Under the pieces are notes generated by a model. That model saw only the letters and a list, made by a program, of their open reading frames with translations. It did no database searches and had not been told where the DNA came from. Made by a program: the position numbers and the translations under genes. From NCBI RefSeq assembly GCF_963921235.1, contig NC_086108.1:80168001-80232000 (forward strand): a stretch of 64,000 nt of DNA, written 5' to 3'. The number at the start of each line of letters is the position of its first letter. Position 1 is the first letter of the stretch. The stretch comes from Mobula hypostoma (lineage: Eukaryota). Below are positions 60,681 through 64,000 of the stretch, piece by piece.

Positions 60681-61602
60681 GTAAAGATGTGAACCAGGGC
60701 ACTACAGTACCAATACGTACCAAGACATCTGGCTACTCTCCCTTCCTCTCCAAAATGCCGTGGACGCGATCCGAGACGTCCCTGACCCTGGCACCTGGGA
60801 AGCAACATACTATTCAGATGGCTCCGCTCACACACCGTTCACGTCCACAGAATCTCCTATTTGTTCCCCTGACTATTAAGTCCACTATTACTATCACTCC
60901 CTTCTTCTCTCTCTTTCCCTTCTGCACCACAGACCCATTCTCAGTGCCAGTAACCTGGTCTCTGTGGCATTGCCCTGGAAGATCATCCCCCACAACAGTA
61001 TCCAAAACGGTATACTTATTACTGAGGGGAATGACCACAGGGGTGTTCTGCGTTAACCGCCTATTGAAATTTCTATTTCTCCTGACAGTCACCCAGCTAC
61101 TCGGCTGCTGCAATTTAGGGGCGACTACTTCCCTGTAACTCTGAGTGGTTATCTGCTCACTGTCCCGTACAAGTCAAAAGTTACCCAGCTGCTGCTCCAG
61201 ATCCCTCACGCAGTCCTCAAGGAGCTGCTGCTGGATGCACTATGCGGATGTGGTTCCCTGGGAGACTTTGTGTCTCCCAGGGCTCCAACATCCAGCAAGC
61301 AGAACACACAACAGCCATTTACAACACTAGGTACAGTAGGAGAGAAAAAAAGGGAACCTTAACAGAAATTTACCCACAGCCAATACCTCTTCTGAGCCAA
61401 AGCTTCCTTTAAGCCAAAGCCTATCACACCTACTCTCACCACTGGCCTCCTCCCAACAATGGCCGTCCCACTTGTCCCTTCTGTACTTTTAAATTAGCAT
61501 CGTCGACCTGTGGGAAACCTTGTTGTTGTGGCCTGCTCCTGCAGCTGATTGGGCTGCTAGAGTGAGCCTGAATGCCCGCGAAGTTCTCCTTTTAAACAAG
61601 CA

Positions 61603-62043
61603 AGTTACAGAGAAAGGTTGAACAAGTTAGGTCTTTATTCTTTGGAGCGTACAAGGTTGAGAGGAGACTTAATAGAGGTGTTTAAAATTATGAGGGGGGG
61701 ATTGATAGAGTTGACGTGGTTAGACTTTTTCCATTGAGAGTGGGGAAGATTCAAACAATAGGGCATGGGTTGAGAATTAGAGGACAAAAGTTTAGGGGTA
61801 ACATGAGGAGGAACTTCTTTATTCAAAGAGTGGTAGCTGTGTGGAATGAGCTTCCAGCACAAGTGGTTGAGGCAGGTTCTATGTTCTCGTTTAAAGTTAA
61901 ATTGGATAGATAAATGGACAGGAAAGGAATGGAGGGTTATGGGCTGAGTGCAGGTCAGAGGGAATAGGATAGGGTAAGAGTTCGGCACAGACTAGAAGGG
62001 CCGAGATGGCCTGTTTCGGTGCTGTAATTGTTATATGGTTATA
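61603..62043 (+). mobile_element. CR1 3' fragment
   Basis: YRERLNKLGLYSLERTRLRGDLIEVFKIM, RNFFIQRVVAVWNELP; tail ttatatggttata. Confidence 0.85.
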
Positions 62044-62092
62044 AGGCCGACATGCAGGAAACCTCGTCACTGTGGCCTGCTCCTGCTGCTGG

Positions 62093-62752
62093 AATTACAA
62101 AGAAAGCATGGCAGAGCCTCTACTTCCTGAGAGGTTAATGAAAATACCGCATGACATCTAAAACTTGGACAAATTTCCATAGACGTCTCATGGAGAGTAT
62201 ATTGACTGGTTGCATCATAGTCTCGTATGGAAACACTAATGCCCTTGAAAAGAAAATCCTACAAAAAGTAGTGGATATGGCCCATTCCCTCATGGATAGA
62301 GCCCTCCCTATCACTGAGCACATCTACATAGAGTGTTGTCACAGGAAAGCAGCATCCATTATCAAGAAGGTACAGCAGCCTCAAGACCCACATCACCAGG
62401 TTCAGGAACAGTTATTATCCCTCAACCATCAGGCCCTTGAACCAGTGGGGATAACCACTTGTCCCATCACTGAACTGTTCCCACAACCTACGGACTCACT
62501 TCCAAGGACTCTTCATCTCTTGTTCTTGACATTTATTGCTTATGTATTTATTTATTATTATTTCTTTTGTTTTACTTTTGCATTTGCAAAGTTCGTTGTC
62601 TTTTGCACATTGGCTGTTTGTCTGTCCTGTTGGCTTTCATTGATCCTATTGTGTTTTCTTGGATTTACTGTGTATGCCGGCAAGAAAATGAATCTCAGGA
62701 TTGTATATGGTAACATATATGTACTTTAATAATAAATTTACTTTGAACTTTA
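62093..62752 (+). mobile_element. Rex1/Babar LINE, 3' part continuing 55900-56858
   Basis: ITKKAWQSLYFLR...MTSKTWTNFHRRLMESILTGCIIVSYG; (actttga) tail. Confidence 0.85.
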
Positions 62753-62999
62753 TTAATAGCCACAGATGAAGCTATCAAAGAGAGTAAAAATACCTGGCCA
62801 TAACAATTATAGTAATGTTTCTTAATGTCCTGGTAAGGGCTGATCACTATTGCACATCCTCTTAATTGCTAAGACTAGCGACACACTTTCAGACTGAATT
62901 TTAAAAACTGCATATCTGTTGAAATTAATAGAAGGATTGGGATGGTTAAATGCACGTTCAAGCTTTTGAGCAAGATACTAAAGAACATAATTTCTATGG

Positions 63000-63422
63000 G
63001 TAGGAAATGCAGTGCTGCGGTGCTACATTCATTCCACACTAACATTGAAACGAATATTGGACAATATCAAAGAAAAATGAGGGAAGACTTGAAGCTGCAG
63101 AAATGTGGTTTTTGAGAAGAATGATGAAAATATCATGAAAGGACAGATGAACAAACGAGGAAGTGTTGCGAAAAGCCAGAATCAGAAGAGCACTGATCAT
63201 CATCAATCAGGAGTAGCAGCAGGAATTTCTAGGATATGTACTGAAGAAAGTGAAGCTCGAACATTTCCTAGTGATAGAAAAAAAAGTTGTGAGCTCATGA
63301 GTTATATCAAGGAATGGCAGGCAAAAGTTTTGAAAAGTTTATTAGAACTTTTCAGATTAAAGCCAGATGGAAGACCATGATCGCCCATTATGACACAGCT
63401 CATAATCGTGATAATAATGAAT
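63000..63422 (+). mobile_element. RTE-clade LINE 3' fragment
   Basis: LEAAEMWFLRRMMKIS*KDR*TNEEVLRKA is a typical RTE C-terminal motif. It ends accatgatcgccc...cataat with a (taa/tgaa) tail. Confidence 0.8.
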
Positions 63423-64000
63423 AGAAGCATGGCTGACACCAGCACTTCCAGTTAAGTATAGTAATTTACTCAACTTACACTGTCTTCTGTGAAACAATAC
63501 AAGTCAGAAAGCCTTTGCTTTTGTTATTTTGTTATTACTTGGGTTTACACCATATAAGTGCAACACATTAGTTCAGAATTGCAGATGGTGGGTACTTCAA
63601 GAATAGTATGGCCTAATTTCCCCGGCAAAATTTCAAAGAATTATACAAAAGCAAAGATCACATGATACATGGCTAATACAGAAACCACATCACAATTGTA
63701 GTTTATGCCAAGAAATACCTGGTCAATTTCTGCAGTAATAAGAATTGCTCCAGAAATGGTTATAATTGCATTTCACTCCATCCAAAGGTAACTTTCAATT
63801 GCAAAAACAAGTTCTGTGGTTGATTAAGGTTAAATGTTTGAAATAACATTTTTAATTGATGAAAAGGCTCAGTTTAGACTTCACAGGAATTTCCACAGCC
63901 ATCAGATTCAACTAAAGATAATCACCAGATATGAGGTTATCACTTCCGTTATGTGTGGCCTGGACTCGTACTCCAGAAATGGACAGAACATATTTGCACC

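Larger units (their letters stand above)
56860..62092 (-). mobile_element. CR1-type LINE retaining both ends (5' UTR, ORF1 with zinc finger and esterase-like region, APE endonuclease, RT, 3' tail), decayed and multiply interrupted
   Basis: ORF1: MAVVCSACWM... (ATG 61318) and IPLSNKYTVLDTV...DLIVRGTNRRFCG...LPGARV. Endonuclease: VAITESWL, GVGVALLVK, VIYRP, IGDFN, PTRGSAILDWVL. RT: QHGF, KFADDTK, LVRPRLEYC. (tcttatgg)-like tail at 56860-56885. Confidence 0.85.

Overview
AT-rich vertebrate genomic DNA, dense in transposable elements. The repeat content (CR1/HER1-like LINEs, V-SINE/HE1-like SINEs, Penelope-type termini) suggests a cartilaginous fish, probably a ray or skate; this is inference. 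The whole window lies inside one minus-strand gene, EIF2B3 (eIF2B gamma subunit). Six internal coding exons (821 nt) have canonical GT-AG borders and one continuous reading frame: 47953-47814, 32347-32188, 28075-27964, 18180-18091, 5560-5433 and 4213-4023. The first coding exon and the 3' exons were not found and probably lie outside the window. The introns hold CR1, Rex1/Babar, RTE and Penelope-like retroelement fragments, several SINE families, a Tc1 element, pogo/Tigger elements and MITEs, and hAT elements with 8-bp TSDs. The most notable observations are: (i) a minimal hammerhead-ribozyme-like motif recurring in the inverted termini of Penelope-like elements, with every copy here degenerate; (ii) an internally deleted hAT transposon inserted precisely into a Tigger/Jerky-like CENP-B HTH coding region; (iii) a multi-layer nest around a CR1 that retains both ends; (iv) a candidate RTE LINE/SINE pair sharing a 3' tail; (v) large foldback palindromes. 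I see no convincing novel protein-coding system. Most short ORFs in the track are TE fragments or chance. Repeat boundaries are approximate unless a TIR or TSD is quoted.
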